Source: an uncultured Acidobacteriota bacterium
GTDB lineage: Bacteria; Acidobacteriota; UBA6911
Assembly (NCBI GenBank): GCA_963843575.1
Contig: CAWJKZ010000025.1
Coordinates: 256,001 to 320,000 of the forward strand
Reading direction: 5' to 3'
Length of the DNA: 64,000 bases
Part shown: piece by piece, positions 49,600-60,512 of the stretch
How positions within the stretch are numbered: the first letter of the stretch is position 1
How the letters are laid out: every line of letters starts with the position of its first letter
Notes under the pieces: generated by a model
What the model was told of the DNA's origin: nothing
Database searches by the model: none
What the model saw: only the letters and a program-made list of their open reading frames with translations
Program-made: the position numbers and the translations under genes

Positions 49600-51195
49600 A
49601 TGCACCCTATGTCGTGGAGACGTGCCCACTGGCTGGCGCTTGGAGCCGTGCTGGCGATCCTCGCCGCCGCACGGGTTCCCGCCTTGACCGGGCCGCCGAA
49701 CCTGAGTCAGGATGCGACCGAATACGTCGATATCGCCCGCAACGTGGCTGCCGGCGAAGGCCTCACCCTGAAGATCCGAGGCTACTTCTTCGGCGACGGC
49801 TTAAGCATCCCCTACCCGGCCGAATCGCTCCGCCGCCCCCTGTTTCCGGCCTTGATGGCCACAGCCTACGCCCTGACGCGTTCCGACGCGGTCTTCCGCT
49901 GGTTCAACTTCGGCATGTTCCTCGTCAACGCTGCCCTGCTCGGGCTCCTGTTGCGCCGGGCCTTGCCGCCTTGGGTGGCGCTCTACTCACTGCTGCTCGC
50001 GGGGTTGACGGAGCCGATGTTTCTCACCTCGATCTTTCCCTGGGCGGAGCAGACGGCATTCATGGGACTCCTGGTCGCGCTGGTGTTCGCCGGCAGGGCG
50101 GCCGAGCAACCCCCCGGCGCGCCTGCCGGGTTCGGTGCCGGGGTCGTCTGCGCCTTGGCGGCCTTGAGCCGCCCGGAGTACCTGCTGGTCGGTCTGCTTT
50201 TCGCCGCCTGGCTCCTGGTGTTGCGCAGCCGGCGCGCGACGCTTCTCCTGTTTGCCTTCGGCTTCCTTGCGCCCCTGATTACCCTGTCGGCGGCCAACTA
50301 CCGCTTCTACGGACGGACTTTTCTGCCCGGCGACTACCTCTTTCACAGCCGCGCTTACAGTGCGTACTTCTCCTGGGATACCGCGGCGCCGGATGGCGCA
50401 CTGGGTTTCCTGGCCGGCAACTGGCTGTGGATCGCCGGCCGGATCGGCCTGAATTTCGTCAACTACGCCGCCAAGCTCTTCGGCTGGAAAAACCTGTTCG
50501 TCCTCGGCGCCGTGTTGCCGCTCGCGCTGCGGGCGGTGGCCCGCGGAAGTTGCGGGTGGCGCGGTCGTCATCTCGCGTACACCGGCGCGGCCTTCCTCTG
50601 CGCGTACTCGCTGGTGTGGGCCGGGATGGACCGGGAGCGGTACCTCCTGGCGGTCACGAGCTTCTGGTTGCCGCTCTGTGTCTGGGAAGCCGCGCGGTTG
50701 ACGCGGGAGGCATCCTCACGATGGGCACGCCGCGCCTGGGTCACCGCCCTGGCGGCCGGGTTGCCTTTCCTGGCCGCGAACGCGATCCACGCAGGCCTCG
50801 CGATCCAGCGACGCGACAGGCCCGGCGAGCGGTTCTATGCCAGCCACAACCCCGCCTGGGACAACGCCAGCATGGCCGGCCTCGCCGCCTGGATCCGGGC
50901 CAACGTCGGCGACGACGACGTTCTTTGTCTCGAAAACCCCTTCCTGGTAAATTACCTCACCGGCCGGGCCGCCCTGGTACTCCCCGAGCAGACCCACCCG
51001 GGTGAGTTCATCCGGTTCCTTTCGGAGTACAATGTGCGCTACTGGGTAAACAATACGGTCGACACCAAGCGGCCGGTTGCCCTTCTGGACGCGCTGCGGC
51101 AGGCGGCCTTCACCGCCGGCTTCACCGAGGTTGCCCACTGCGGAACCTACGAGGTGTGGCGCGTTCCGCGGACGGGCGCTCGAATAACGGAGTGA
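49600..51195 (+). CDS. polytopic membrane glycosyltransferase (GT-C/PMT-like)
   Basis: DATEY..IARN, RPLFP, WAE, LSRPE, RYLL; many TM helices. Confidence 0.7.
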   Translation: MHPMSWRRAHWLALGAVLAILAAARVPALTGPPNLSQDATEYVDIARNVAAGEGLTLKIRGYFFGDGLSIPYPAESLRRPLFPALMATAYALTRSDAVFRWFNFGMFLVNAALLGLLLRRALPPWVALYSLLLAGLTEPMFLTSIFPWAEQTAFMGLLVALVFAGRAAEQPPGAPAGFGAGVVCALAALSRPEYLLVGLLFAAWLLVLRSRRATLLLFAFGFLAPLITLSAANYRFYGRTFLPGDYLFHSRAYSAYFSWDTAAPDGALGFLAGNWLWIAGRIGLNFVNYAAKLFGWKNLFVLGAVLPLALRAVARGSCGWRGRHLAYTGAAFLCAYSLVWAGMDRERYLLAVTSFWLPLCVWEAARLTREASSRWARRAWVTALAAGLPFLAANAIHAGLAIQRRDRPGERFYASHNPAWDNASMAGLAAWIRANVGDDDVLCLENPFLVNYLTGRAALVLPEQTHPGEFIRFLSEYNVRYWVNNTVDTKRPVALLDALRQAAFTAGFTEVAHCGTYEVWRVPRTGARITE

Positions 51196-51213
51196 TTTCT
51201 CGGAGGTACGACG

Positions 51214-51873
51214 ATGGCCAGGAAAATCGCTTTTGCGACACTTCTTCTCGCGGTCTTCGGCTGTGTTGCGGCTCTGGGCCAGGGACACCCGAACACGACC
51301 GGCTGGAAGGACCTCTTCAAACCCGACCTTTCCAACGCCGTGATGGACCCGGGCTCGTGGGTCATGGAGGACGGGGTGCTCACCGCCAAAGATCACGGCA
51401 CACTCTGGACCAAGGACTCTTACGGCAATTTCATACTGGATCTCGAGTTCAAGGTGACCAAAGGGGCCAATAGCGGCGTGTTCCTCCGGGCGGGCGATCC
51501 AAAAGACATCCTCTCCGCCCTCGAAATCCAGGTCCACGAAACCACCGACGGCGGCAGGTACGGCATGGTGGGCGCCATCTACGATGCCATGCCGCCGAGC
51601 AAGAGCATGGCCAAGCCGGCCGGCGAATGGAACCATTACACCATCACCTGCCGCGGCAGCAAGGTCGAGCTGGTGTTCAACGGCGAGCGGGTGATCGACG
51701 CCGACCTCGACAAGTGGACCGAGGCGAGGAAGAATCCCGACGGCACCCCCAACAAGTTCAAGGTGGCGCTGAAGGATTTTTCGCGCAAGGGCCCGATCGG
51801 ATTCCAGGGCATCCATGGGACTGCCGGCGCCCCCGTCTGGTTCCGCAACCTCAAGATCAAGACCCTGAACTAG
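51214..51873 (+). CDS. DUF1080 / 3-keto-disaccharide hydrolase family
   Basis: GWKDLF, NSGVFLR, GAIYD, GEWN, GPIGFQ, VWFRNLKI. Confidence 0.92.
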   Translation: MARKIAFATLLLAVFGCVAALGQGHPNTTGWKDLFKPDLSNAVMDPGSWVMEDGVLTAKDHGTLWTKDSYGNFILDLEFKVTKGANSGVFLRAGDPKDILSALEIQVHETTDGGRYGMVGAIYDAMPPSKSMAKPAGEWNHYTITCRGSKVELVFNGERVIDADLDKWTEARKNPDGTPNKFKVALKDFSRKGPIGFQGIHGTAGAPVWFRNLKIKTLN

Positions 51874-52187
51874 TGTTTGTCACGCTGAACCAAGTGGGTC
51901 CGGGCTTCAGCCCGGACGTCTTTAGAACCGGTCCATAGAGTTCCAGCTGCCCTGCATAGCGACTGCAAACTGCCTCCGGGCTGAAGAGGTCGTCCAACGG
52001 TTGATTGTGAAGTGCGGCGGCTCGACGCCGCTTTGGTGGCGGCGCCTCGGCGCCACCAAAGGCCGAGGTCGCAGGGTCGCATCTCGCAATTCGGCGTGGC
52101 GCCGAGGCGCCGAGCATTCCTGCCGGTAGGACGAGTGAAAGCGGCGCCGAGGCGCCCCACTCCAGATTACCCACGTGGCGCGCCGCG

Positions 52188-53408
52188 CTAGGCGCTTCCG
52201 TCGAGCTCGAAGATCTGGTTGCCCCACTCGACGGCCTGCAGGTAGATATCCGCCATCGACTCCTCGCTGAGCTCGAGGAGGGCGCTCGAGCGGGAAATGG
52301 CGTCCCAATCGCCGTGTTCGGAGACGATGGCGGCCTGGAGAACCCTCTGCAGGAGGCTCTCCTCCCCGGTCAAGGCGGCCTGGAGCTCCGGGGAGAGCGA
52401 GAGCTGCTGCAACACGGAAATCATCGGCAGTTCCAGCAGAGCGTCGGCCAGGGAGAGCAGTCCCACGAGGAAGAAATCCATGAGGTCGCGCAACCCCAGC
52501 GCCGCGCCGATCATTTCGCACTGCTTGGCGCGGGTGACCGAGCAGACCACGAGCACCTTCGGCTTCTCGTCGCCGAGGCCGGCGAGTGCCACGAGCGAAG
52601 CCCAACGTCGGATCTCGTTGATCCCCATAAGCGACATGGCGTGGCGGATGGAGGTGATGTCGCGGACAAAACCGAACAGGGGCGAATTGAGATAGCGCAG
52701 CAGCCGGTAGCAGAGCGCCGGCTCGTGTTTGATCCCCTCCTCGATCAGCCCGAAGTCCGGTTCCGGGCTGTTGACGGCCCGGATGAGGCGCAGGTAGTTC
52801 AACCGGGAGGGGGGGATGCTGCGACCCACCATCACCTCGGCGCGCCGGTAGAAAAAGCCCTGTGCGCAGTGATACCCCATGTCGAGCGCTTCGTGGAACT
52901 CGTCCCAGCTCTCCACTTTCTCGGCCACCAGCACCCGGTGTCCGCCGGACAACGATTTTGCCAGCCGGGGGCGCTGCTCCGGCGGGGTCAGACGGAAATC
53001 CACCTTGACGAAATCCACCAGGTCCACCAACTCGGTGCGCCTGTCGCCCGGAACGAAATCGTCCAATGCAAGGCGGTATCCGTGGCGGTGCAGCCTCGTA
53101 CAGGCGGCCCGCACCTCGGCGTCCGGCTCGATTGTCTCGAGGATCTCGTACACCACCTGTTCCTTGAAGGGGACCAGGGCGTGGTCGCGCACCAGCAGGC
53201 TTCGGGTGAGGTTGACGAACGCCGGCCGCCCGTAGGTCAGCGTGTGGATGCCGAAAGTCAGGAAACTGTCGGCAATCAGCTTGGAGGACGCCTGGTCGGG
53301 GTCGGCGGCCCGGAAGTACTCCTCCATACCCGAGCGAAACAGCAGTTCGTAGGCGAATATCTTCTCATGGGCATCGAGGATGGGTTGTCTGGCGATGAAA
53401 CTCTTCAT
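52188..53408 (-). CDS. EAL-HDOD domain protein (YuxH/PdeH-like)
   Basis: ARQPI, YELLFR, LALDDF, AEKVE, QGFF, YLNSP. Confidence 0.92.
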   Translation of the reverse strand: MKSFIARQPILDAHEKIFAYELLFRSGMEEYFRAADPDQASSKLIADSFLTFGIHTLTYGRPAFVNLTRSLLVRDHALVPFKEQVVYEILETIEPDAEVRAACTRLHRHGYRLALDDFVPGDRRTELVDLVDFVKVDFRLTPPEQRPRLAKSLSGGHRVLVAEKVESWDEFHEALDMGYHCAQGFFYRRAEVMVGRSIPPSRLNYLRLIRAVNSPEPDFGLIEEGIKHEPALCYRLLRYLNSPLFGFVRDITSIRHAMSLMGINEIRRWASLVALAGLGDEKPKVLVVCSVTRAKQCEMIGAALGLRDLMDFFLVGLLSLADALLELPMISVLQQLSLSPELQAALTGEESLLQRVLQAAIVSEHGDWDAISRSSALLELSEESMADIYLQAVEWGNQIFELDGSA

Positions 53409-53543
53409 CAGCGGCTCGCGCCCTTCTTATCGGCCGCCGCAGCTGGATACTATTGCGAAATAGGACCCTTGGAGATCCCTCGCGCCTTTGAGGCGAACCC
53501 CTGAATTCATCCCCCGGGGTCGGGGGCTCGAAGAATCTCGAGG

Positions 53544-54578
53544 TCAGATCGCCGCGTGGTGGGCGTCGTCGATGGCGGCGCGGATATTGTCCCAGGGGAT
53601 GTCGCCGGGGAGGGTACAGTCGGCCCCGAGGATAAACGGCCCCGAGGCCTCGCTCAGCGCTTGCCGGACCGCGCGCCTGATCTCTTCCCTGCTCCCAGAG
53701 GCGATGATCCCGTGCCTGTCCATCCCCCCCATGCACGGCCTTTTGAACAGCGCAGCGATCTCGTTCCAATCCAGCTTTTTCGTCGTCAGCCGAGGGTTGC
53801 AGTTGACGACGTGGCCGGGGTAATCGGCGTATGGGGATAGGTCCGCGTACGGTCCGTTGTAGTCGCACACGTGCAGGATATTGAAAATGCATGCGCGGTT
53901 CGCCTCGTTCATGAGGGTGAGGTCGAAGGGCTTGATGTATTCCCGGAAGGTGCGCGGGTCGCTGAAGCGGTCCGCCTCACCCCCTTGTGTCGATGCATAA
54001 AACCCATCGACCCCCGCGCGGATGCACTCCCGGACGAACAGCATGAGACTGCCGGTGATCGTCTCGAGCCCCTTCCGTACCGCCTCCGGGTCCTCCTGGA
54101 GGTGCGCCGTCAGCAGCGGGAGACTGGTGGTGTGGCCAGCGCACATGAAGGGCGAGTAGAGCGTCACCAGGACCAGCGCCTGCTTCCTCGCGGCCTTCAC
54201 GAGTCCTCTCACGGCTTGCAGCTGCGGCTCGTAGAAGTCGGCCCCGTAGGAGGGCATCCTCTTCCAGTCCTCGGGCCGCCGGATATCGGGTATGGGGGGA
54301 AACACCCGCTCGTACTGGATTTTTACGAAATCCATGTTGGTGCGGCGAAAGAACTCCAGGTGTTTGTCGACGGCGGGCTGGCCAAAGTGGCAGGCCGGGT
54401 CGAAGTGGATGAAGAAGGCGGCGGGGACGTAGGATCTGCGCAGCTTCCCGTCCCGCAGCGCGAGCATCGTTTCTCGTTTGTCGTTCGCGGCGAGCATAGT
54501 CTCGCTTCCCGCGACCGCCGCGGTTGCGGCGATCACCGAGTTCAGAAAGCCACGGCGTGTGGTTTGCACTGTCCCCAT
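53544..54578 (-). CDS. uroporphyrinogen decarboxylase family protein with Tat leader
   Basis: TRRGFLN, YSPF, AGVDG, ILHVC, FILGADC. Confidence 0.8.
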   Translation of the reverse strand: MGTVQTTRRGFLNSVIAATAAVAGSETMLAANDKRETMLALRDGKLRRSYVPAAFFIHFDPACHFGQPAVDKHLEFFRRTNMDFVKIQYERVFPPIPDIRRPEDWKRMPSYGADFYEPQLQAVRGLVKAARKQALVLVTLYSPFMCAGHTTSLPLLTAHLQEDPEAVRKGLETITGSLMLFVRECIRAGVDGFYASTQGGEADRFSDPRTFREYIKPFDLTLMNEANRACIFNILHVCDYNGPYADLSPYADYPGHVVNCNPRLTTKKLDWNEIAALFKRPCMGGMDRHGIIASGSREEIRRAVRQALSEASGPFILGADCTLPGDIPWDNIRAAIDDAHHAAI

Positions 54579-54847
54579 ATTATTTCGTCCCGCCTTCGTG
54601 TTTTCCCGGCACCCAAGTTCCCGATGTGGAGGTGCGACGCATCGGCGCTTACCCTGCATACATCTTGAACCACAGAGCGCAGCACATGCAAACAAACAAG
54701 TCGCGGATAGCTTCCGTGTCTTCCGTTTTTCTTCCGTGTTCTCCGTGACAGGTTTTTTTGAATCTCTCGACAGGGTAGATGGCGCCGAGACGCCACATCT
54801 CCAAACGAGCCTGAAGGATGTATACTTCTGGGCTGTGGAGGCTCGAG

Positions 54848-55303
54848 ATGGGTTGGGATGATGAGCAGAGTACTGGGGAGCGGAACCGGGAATTCGTGCG
54901 GCGCTTCATCGAACAGGTGGTTTCGGACCGGAGGGAAAGCGCCATCGACGAATTCCTGTCGCCCGCCTTTGTCGACCACAACGCCCCTCCGGATCAGCCC
55001 CCGGGGAGGGAAGGCGTGAAACGCACGCTCAAAAAGGTGCAGCACGCGTTTGCCGATGTGCGCGTGCACCTGGACGATCTCCTGGCTGACGGCGACAAGG
55101 TGGTGATCCGGCACCGGGCGGAAGCTACCCACGTCGGCAGCTTCATGGGTTACCCCGGGACCGGCAACAGGCTTTCCTGGACGACGATAAGCATCTACCG
55201 GATCGAAGGGGGAAAGATCGTCGAGCGCTGGGGACTGGTCGACCACGCCGCCTTGCTGCACCAACTCCGCGGCGACAATCCCGTGATCGCACACGGTGCC
55301 TGA
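54848..55303 (+). CDS. SnoaL-like ester cyclase
   Basis: AFAD, ADGDKV, THVGSFMGYPGTG, GKIVERW. Confidence 0.88.
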   Translation: MGWDDEQSTGERNREFVRRFIEQVVSDRRESAIDEFLSPAFVDHNAPPDQPPGREGVKRTLKKVQHAFADVRVHLDDLLADGDKVVIRHRAEATHVGSFMGYPGTGNRLSWTTISIYRIEGGKIVERWGLVDHAALLHQLRGDNPVIAHGA

Positions 55304-55311
55304 AAAAGCCG

Positions 55312-56106
55312 CTACTCGTCCACGGAGATCAGATCCATCAGGGAGGCGTGGAGCGCCGGGTTGGCCCCGACGACGGAGTAGCTGCGGGCCGTCACCTCGC
55401 CGTCGAGCAAGAAGACGATCCCGTCCCCACGCGCGTCGGTAAGCAGACCGCCGGCTTCCGGAAACATCAGGCAGGAGGCCGCGATGTCCCAGATGCGGCT
55501 GGACCGGTTGACGCAGGCGCCGAGACGACCGTCGAGCGTATAACAGAAGTCCACGAGCGAGTTGGTCGAGCGCACGTTCCGGACCCCGCGCACGACCTTC
55601 TCGAGGGTGCGCACCTCGCGCGCCGTCCGGGCGGCGTCCTCGGACGGGTCGAGGCCGTAGGCACACAGGACCGTCGAGAGTTCCGTCGCGCCGGAGACTG
55701 ACACCCGCACCCCGTCCCGAAACACCCCGCCCCCCTTTTCGCACGTGTACAGCGTATCCGATACCGGGAGATACATCGCCCCCACCACCGGCACGTTTCC
55801 TTCCAGGAGCGCCAGGATCACGCCGAACCAGGGGATCCCGGCCGCGAAGTTCGAGGTGCCGTCCAGAGGATCGACGACCCAGGTGAAGCCGCCCGTGCCG
55901 GCCGCAAAACCGGATTCCTCCGCCACGATGCCGTGGTCGGGGTGGCGCGCCCGGATCTTCGACAGGATGATCCTCTCGGAGGCAAGGTCGGCGTCCGTGA
56001 CGATGCTGGCTTGGTTTTCCTTCACCCTGACGCGGCCGCCCGAACCGAAATGCTGCAGCAACACCTCGCCGGCCGATTTCACACAGTCGACAGCCAGATC
56101 AATCAT
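55312..56106 (-). CDS. inositol monophosphatase family protein
   Basis: VTDADLASE, AEE, WVVDPLDGTSNF, WDIAA, EAGG. Confidence 0.93.
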   Translation of the reverse strand: MIDLAVDCVKSAGEVLLQHFGSGGRVRVKENQASIVTDADLASERIILSKIRARHPDHGIVAEESGFAAGTGGFTWVVDPLDGTSNFAAGIPWFGVILALLEGNVPVVGAMYLPVSDTLYTCEKGGGVFRDGVRVSVSGATELSTVLCAYGLDPSEDAARTAREVRTLEKVVRGVRNVRSTNSLVDFCYTLDGRLGACVNRSSRIWDIAASCLMFPEAGGLLTDARGDGIVFLLDGEVTARSYSVVGANPALHASLMDLISVDE

Positions 56107-56197
56107 GATGCTTCCAGCCAAGTGGGCCGCGTCGGCTCGACGCGGCCCGGTGTCCGGCTCGTATGGGCGGGGTCGGGCCGACCCCGCCCACTCAGCC

Positions 56198-57883
56198 CTA
56201 CACTCGCCTCAGGGCCTTCCCCGGTCGGGCACCGGTGTGGCGCCCCTGGTCCACCACCGTGACGCCGTTGACGAGCACGTGCTCAATGCCGCGCGCGTAG
56301 CGGTGGGGATCGTCGAACGTCGCCTCATCCCTGACGGTGCCGGCATCGAATGCGACGAGGTCGGCCTTCATGCCCGGGGCAATTCGCCCGCGGTCGGGCA
56401 ATCCCACCTGGTCGGCCGGCATGGCGGTCATTTTCCGGACCGCCTCGGGGAGCGAAAACAGTTTGCGTTCCCTCGTGTAATACCCAAGCACGCGCGCAAA
56501 TGCACCGTAGGAGCGCGGGTGCGGGCGCGCCTGCGCAGCGCGTCCGGTGGGGGCCATCGAAGAACCGTCCGACCCGATCATGACGAGCGGGTGTTTCAGC
56601 ACGGTCTCGACGTTCTCCGGGCTCATGCCGTGCCCGACGATGGCCACGGCCCCTTCTTCCTCTTCGACGAGCCTCAGGACGGCGTCAACCGGTTGGACGC
56701 CCCACCCCCGGGCGACTTCAACGACGTTCTTGCCGAGGAGGCGCTGGTTCCCGGAGGTCTTCACGCGGGCGAGGACGATCAGGGCGTAGTCGCCGAGTTC
56801 GCTCGCCATTTTCCGCTCGATCTCCCCGCGGAGGCGGGCGCGCCACTGCGGGTCGCGCAGTCGCTGCATCATCGCGGACGTGCCCCCTTCGAGCGCCGCC
56901 GCCGGGAATAGGATGGTCAGGCCGGTGGAATAGGCCGTGTAGGGATAGGCGTCGGCCAGCACGGCGACCCCGTCGCGGCGGGCCGAGGAGATCAGGTCGA
57001 GGGCGCCCTGCTGCTTGCTCCAGTTCGGCCGTCCTGAAGCCTTCAGGTGCGCGATCTCGACGCGGGCGCCGCTCCGGCGGCCGACTGTGAGCGCCTCGTC
57101 GACGGCCTCGAGCAGGCCCGTCTCCTCGTCGCGGATGTGGGAGGCATAGAGGCCGCCGTGGCGGGCGGCGACCCGGGCGAGGGCGACGATCTCCTCGGGA
57201 GGCGTGTAGCGGCCCGGCGTGTATTCGAGCCCGCTGGACAGTCCGAAGGCCCCCTGCTCCATCCCCTCCTCCAGCGCCCGCTCAACCGCCCGCAGCTCGT
57301 CCGGGGTGAGGTGCCGGTCGACGAGCCCGACAGCGTTTTCGCGCAGCGTCCCCTGACCGATCAGCAGTGCCTGGTTGATGGAGATCCCGGCGCGGGCGAG
57401 GGTATTACAGTACGAATCGACGTCCGTCCAGGTCGCGTCTATGCCCTGCTCGAGCCACTCCTTGCGCGCCTCCGCAGCACGCCCGGGGTCGAGTGGCGCG
57501 GCCGAACCGCCGCAGTTACCCGCCACCTCGGTCGTCACACCCTGGCGGACGCGGCTGTCGGCCGTAGGGTAGAGGAGGATGTCGCCATCCGAGTGCGTGT
57601 GGATGTCGATGAAGCCAGGTGAAACGTGCAGGCCCGTGGCGTCGATTGCGCGCCGGCCCGCGGATGGCGGGATGCGGCCGAGCTCCACGATGCGCTCGCC
57701 CGTGATCCCGAGGTCGGCCTGAAAGGGCTCGCCCCCCGTGCCGTCCAGGACGGTGCCGCCGTGTATCACGACGTCGAAGCTCTCGGCGGCCTGCACACGT
57801 CCGCAAGGGAGCGCAAGCCCGGCCACCGCCGTGCCGCCGGCCTTCAAGAAGCCGCGGCGCGTCCAAAGTCTCGATAAGGACAT
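56198..57883 (-). CDS. Tat N-acyl-D-amino-acid deacylase
   Basis: PGFIDIHTHSD, QGVTT..GNCG, SHIRDE, HPRSYGAF. Confidence 0.92.
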   Translation of the reverse strand: MSLSRLWTRRGFLKAGGTAVAGLALPCGRVQAAESFDVVIHGGTVLDGTGGEPFQADLGITGERIVELGRIPPSAGRRAIDATGLHVSPGFIDIHTHSDGDILLYPTADSRVRQGVTTEVAGNCGGSAAPLDPGRAAEARKEWLEQGIDATWTDVDSYCNTLARAGISINQALLIGQGTLRENAVGLVDRHLTPDELRAVERALEEGMEQGAFGLSSGLEYTPGRYTPPEEIVALARVAARHGGLYASHIRDEETGLLEAVDEALTVGRRSGARVEIAHLKASGRPNWSKQQGALDLISSARRDGVAVLADAYPYTAYSTGLTILFPAAALEGGTSAMMQRLRDPQWRARLRGEIERKMASELGDYALIVLARVKTSGNQRLLGKNVVEVARGWGVQPVDAVLRLVEEEEGAVAIVGHGMSPENVETVLKHPLVMIGSDGSSMAPTGRAAQARPHPRSYGAFARVLGYYTRERKLFSLPEAVRKMTAMPADQVGLPDRGRIAPGMKADLVAFDAGTVRDEATFDDPHRYARGIEHVLVNGVTVVDQGRHTGARPGKALRRV

Positions 57884-57977
57884 GAATCCCCCCGACAGCT
57901 AAAACTCACCTTCAAGGACTCGAAGAATCTCGAAGGGTTGGGGCATTCGAGACCCTTTGAGGCCTTCGAGGTAAGCC

Positions 57978-60512
57978 TCATGATCGGGCCCCGGCGGTGA
58001 AGCGTATCTCCTTGATTTCCACCTTCCCGGCCGCCGGCTCGAAAAACGGCTTCCCATCCCTGACCCCGACGGTGCCGTAGCCGGCAGCCGTCGAGAGGAA
58101 TGCGCGGAAATCGCCCGTGATCCTGGGTTGCAGATAGAGGACATTCTCGACGGCGTCGTAGCGGGCGCCGCTCAGCGCCTGCAGCAGCGCGTACGAGGAC
58201 ATGGCCCGTGCATACCAGTGCCCGCACTCGTACTCGTCGAACGGGTTGCGCACCCTGCCGTCGTAGCGGCTCCGGCAGACGCGTACGATTTCCAGCCCTT
58301 CCTTGACCATCCCCACCATGATCAGGTGGGCGGCGACCTGGTACTCGATGCCGGTCCAGACCTCGTCGGAGTAGACGAACGGGAGCGTCAACTTGCCCCC
58401 TTTCGGCCACGAGCAGAGCAGGAGCCCCCCTTCGGACCCGCACGCGTACGACGGGCGCTGGGGGTTGGCGTGGGTCGACAGGTCCTTCCGCAGGTTGTAT
58501 CGGTGGACGGACCTGAGGTGGCTGGCTACCTTGGCGCGGTCGAGCACCTGGCCGACACCGCAGACGAGCGCAATCCACAACCCGAGGACGCCGTCGGAGA
58601 GGCAGCCTTCGCCGTACTGGTACTTCGGCCCCTCCCGCTCGAGGAGGGCGCGCGCCTCGGGCGAGTACTCGCCGACCATGCTCTTGGTCTCGAGCGGGCT
58701 GCGGGCGCGCAGGTTTTTCCACTCGATCTTCTGGATGAAGTACTCCCCGTTGTACAGGTCCTGCTCCGCCGCGCGCACTCCCTTGTCGAGCAGCGCCTGG
58801 TAGCCGGAGACCTCTTCCCCGAGCGCCTTCCCCATCACGACCGCCGCGGTCAGCGCGCCGAGATAGAAGCTGGTGCACATGCCGTCGGGTCCCCAGAATT
58901 CGATGTCGTAGGTGTTGTGGTGCGGCTCCTCGAGCCAGCCGCGGCCCGACGGGTCCCACGTTTCGATGCAGTAGTCGAGGCTCTTTCTGACCTTCGGCCA
59001 CAGCTGCCGGAGCCACGCGGTGTCGCCTCCGATGCGCCATTCGCGGAACACCTTCATTATGCCGCCGAGCTGGCCATCGGCCGCGGCGTGGAAATCGTGC
59101 TCGAGCACCCGGATCGGCAGGGCGCTGCGAAACGCCTGGTGCCCGGCGTCGTCCTGCGACGGCCCGAACTCGGTCTCGCGCAGCGAGCGCTCGAGGGCCG
59201 GGAAAAGGTGGGGGATCGCCTGGGCGTAATTCCAGACGTGCGTGCACGAACCGTGACAGCAGCCCGAGCTGTCGCTGCAGCCCTCCCAGGACCACAGCCT
59301 GCCGTCCGCCTGGCGCAGCACGGTCGGCGACTTGAGGATCGCCAGGTTGGCGCCGACCGCCTCGATCGCCTCCTCCGGGAGGGTGGTGTCGTAGAAACAG
59401 GCGCTGAAGCGCGACGTCTTCTGCCGAAGCGGCTCGTACTGCGCGCCCCAGTAGGAGGTGAGTTCGTCGATTCCCGCGAACCGTTCCGCGTACCAGGGGC
59501 GGTAGAACGAGCTGGCGGCGATAACCTCCGGGGAAGCGCCCGCAGGGTCCTTGCCGAACCGCAGGTTCGTCTTGCCCGCGTACCAGGCGAGGCGCAGCAC
59601 AACCGTTGCGGACTTGCCGGCCGCTACCCGGAACGGCACGAACAGGGTGGCGCCGGGTGACGCGGCGCCGTCGGCCACGGGGGGCCGTTCGAAACACGCC
59701 GCCTCGACGACGTCCTTCCAGGCCACGGTGAGGGCATCCCACCAACCGCCCCGGAACCAGGCGTGATTCACCTTGGCACCGGGGTCCGGCACGGTGAACG
59801 ACATGGCGCACTCGTCCCACGGCTTCTCCTCGGGCGCCCCGCCCCAGAGCACGAATCCCCCCGCCGTGGGGCGCACGGCCTGACGCGCGCGGTCGAGCAC
59901 CAGAAAGTTCCTCGCGTTGAACGAAAACACACCCTCCACCGGGGCTGCAGAGGTGTTGGTGACTGCGTACTCCAGGCCGGCGACCGGGAGGCTGGCGTTG
60001 TCCGCATCGCCGGGTTCGAAAGGGCTCCAGCCGGTAATTTCGACGCCCACGGGGAGGCCCGGGTCCTCGAGCGTGACCATCCCGAACGGGAAACGGAAGC
60101 GGAAACCGGCGCGCGCGAAGCGCGGCAGCCCGTAGGTCGAACCTCCCGCCCCGTTGCCGGTGTCCGGCCTGCCGAAAAGCTTCCAGCCCGGGACCGGCCC
60201 TTCGAGCACGCGGGCAGCGGCCGGGCGCTTCTTGATCCCAATGGCGGCGAACACGCACGGCTCGTTGAAGACCTCGGGCCTGTTCCTCAGCGAGAAGTGG
60301 GAGAGCGCGCCTGTCCCCTCGAGACAGATCATCCCGCCACCCATCCCTCCCATGGGAAACGCGACGCGGCTGAGCCGGTCGCCGGAGTAAAGATCGTCGC
60401 GCCGCCGGGCCGTAGCGGATTTCCTGGCCTTCTTAGGTGGTTGAATCGTGCCGGCGGCTACGCCCGTAGCCGAGAGCTCGAGGAATTTTCTCCGTGGCAT
60501 CCGACTAGCCAT
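57978..60512 (-). CDS. Tat glycoside hydrolase family 116
   Basis: PMGGMGGG, WEG, CTHVWNY, NTYD, EVWTGIEY, ECGHWY.RAMS. Confidence 0.9.
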   Translation of the reverse strand: MASRMPRRKFLELSATGVAAGTIQPPKKARKSATARRRDDLYSGDRLSRVAFPMGGMGGGMICLEGTGALSHFSLRNRPEVFNEPCVFAAIGIKKRPAAARVLEGPVPGWKLFGRPDTGNGAGGSTYGLPRFARAGFRFRFPFGMVTLEDPGLPVGVEITGWSPFEPGDADNASLPVAGLEYAVTNTSAAPVEGVFSFNARNFLVLDRARQAVRPTAGGFVLWGGAPEEKPWDECAMSFTVPDPGAKVNHAWFRGGWWDALTVAWKDVVEAACFERPPVADGAASPGATLFVPFRVAAGKSATVVLRLAWYAGKTNLRFGKDPAGASPEVIAASSFYRPWYAERFAGIDELTSYWGAQYEPLRQKTSRFSACFYDTTLPEEAIEAVGANLAILKSPTVLRQADGRLWSWEGCSDSSGCCHGSCTHVWNYAQAIPHLFPALERSLRETEFGPSQDDAGHQAFRSALPIRVLEHDFHAAADGQLGGIMKVFREWRIGGDTAWLRQLWPKVRKSLDYCIETWDPSGRGWLEEPHHNTYDIEFWGPDGMCTSFYLGALTAAVVMGKALGEEVSGYQALLDKGVRAAEQDLYNGEYFIQKIEWKNLRARSPLETKSMVGEYSPEARALLEREGPKYQYGEGCLSDGVLGLWIALVCGVGQVLDRAKVASHLRSVHRYNLRKDLSTHANPQRPSYACGSEGGLLLCSWPKGGKLTLPFVYSDEVWTGIEYQVAAHLIMVGMVKEGLEIVRVCRSRYDGRVRNPFDEYECGHWYARAMSSYALLQALSGARYDAVENVLYLQPRITGDFRAFLSTAAGYGTVGVRDGKPFFEPAAGKVEIKEIRFTAGARS

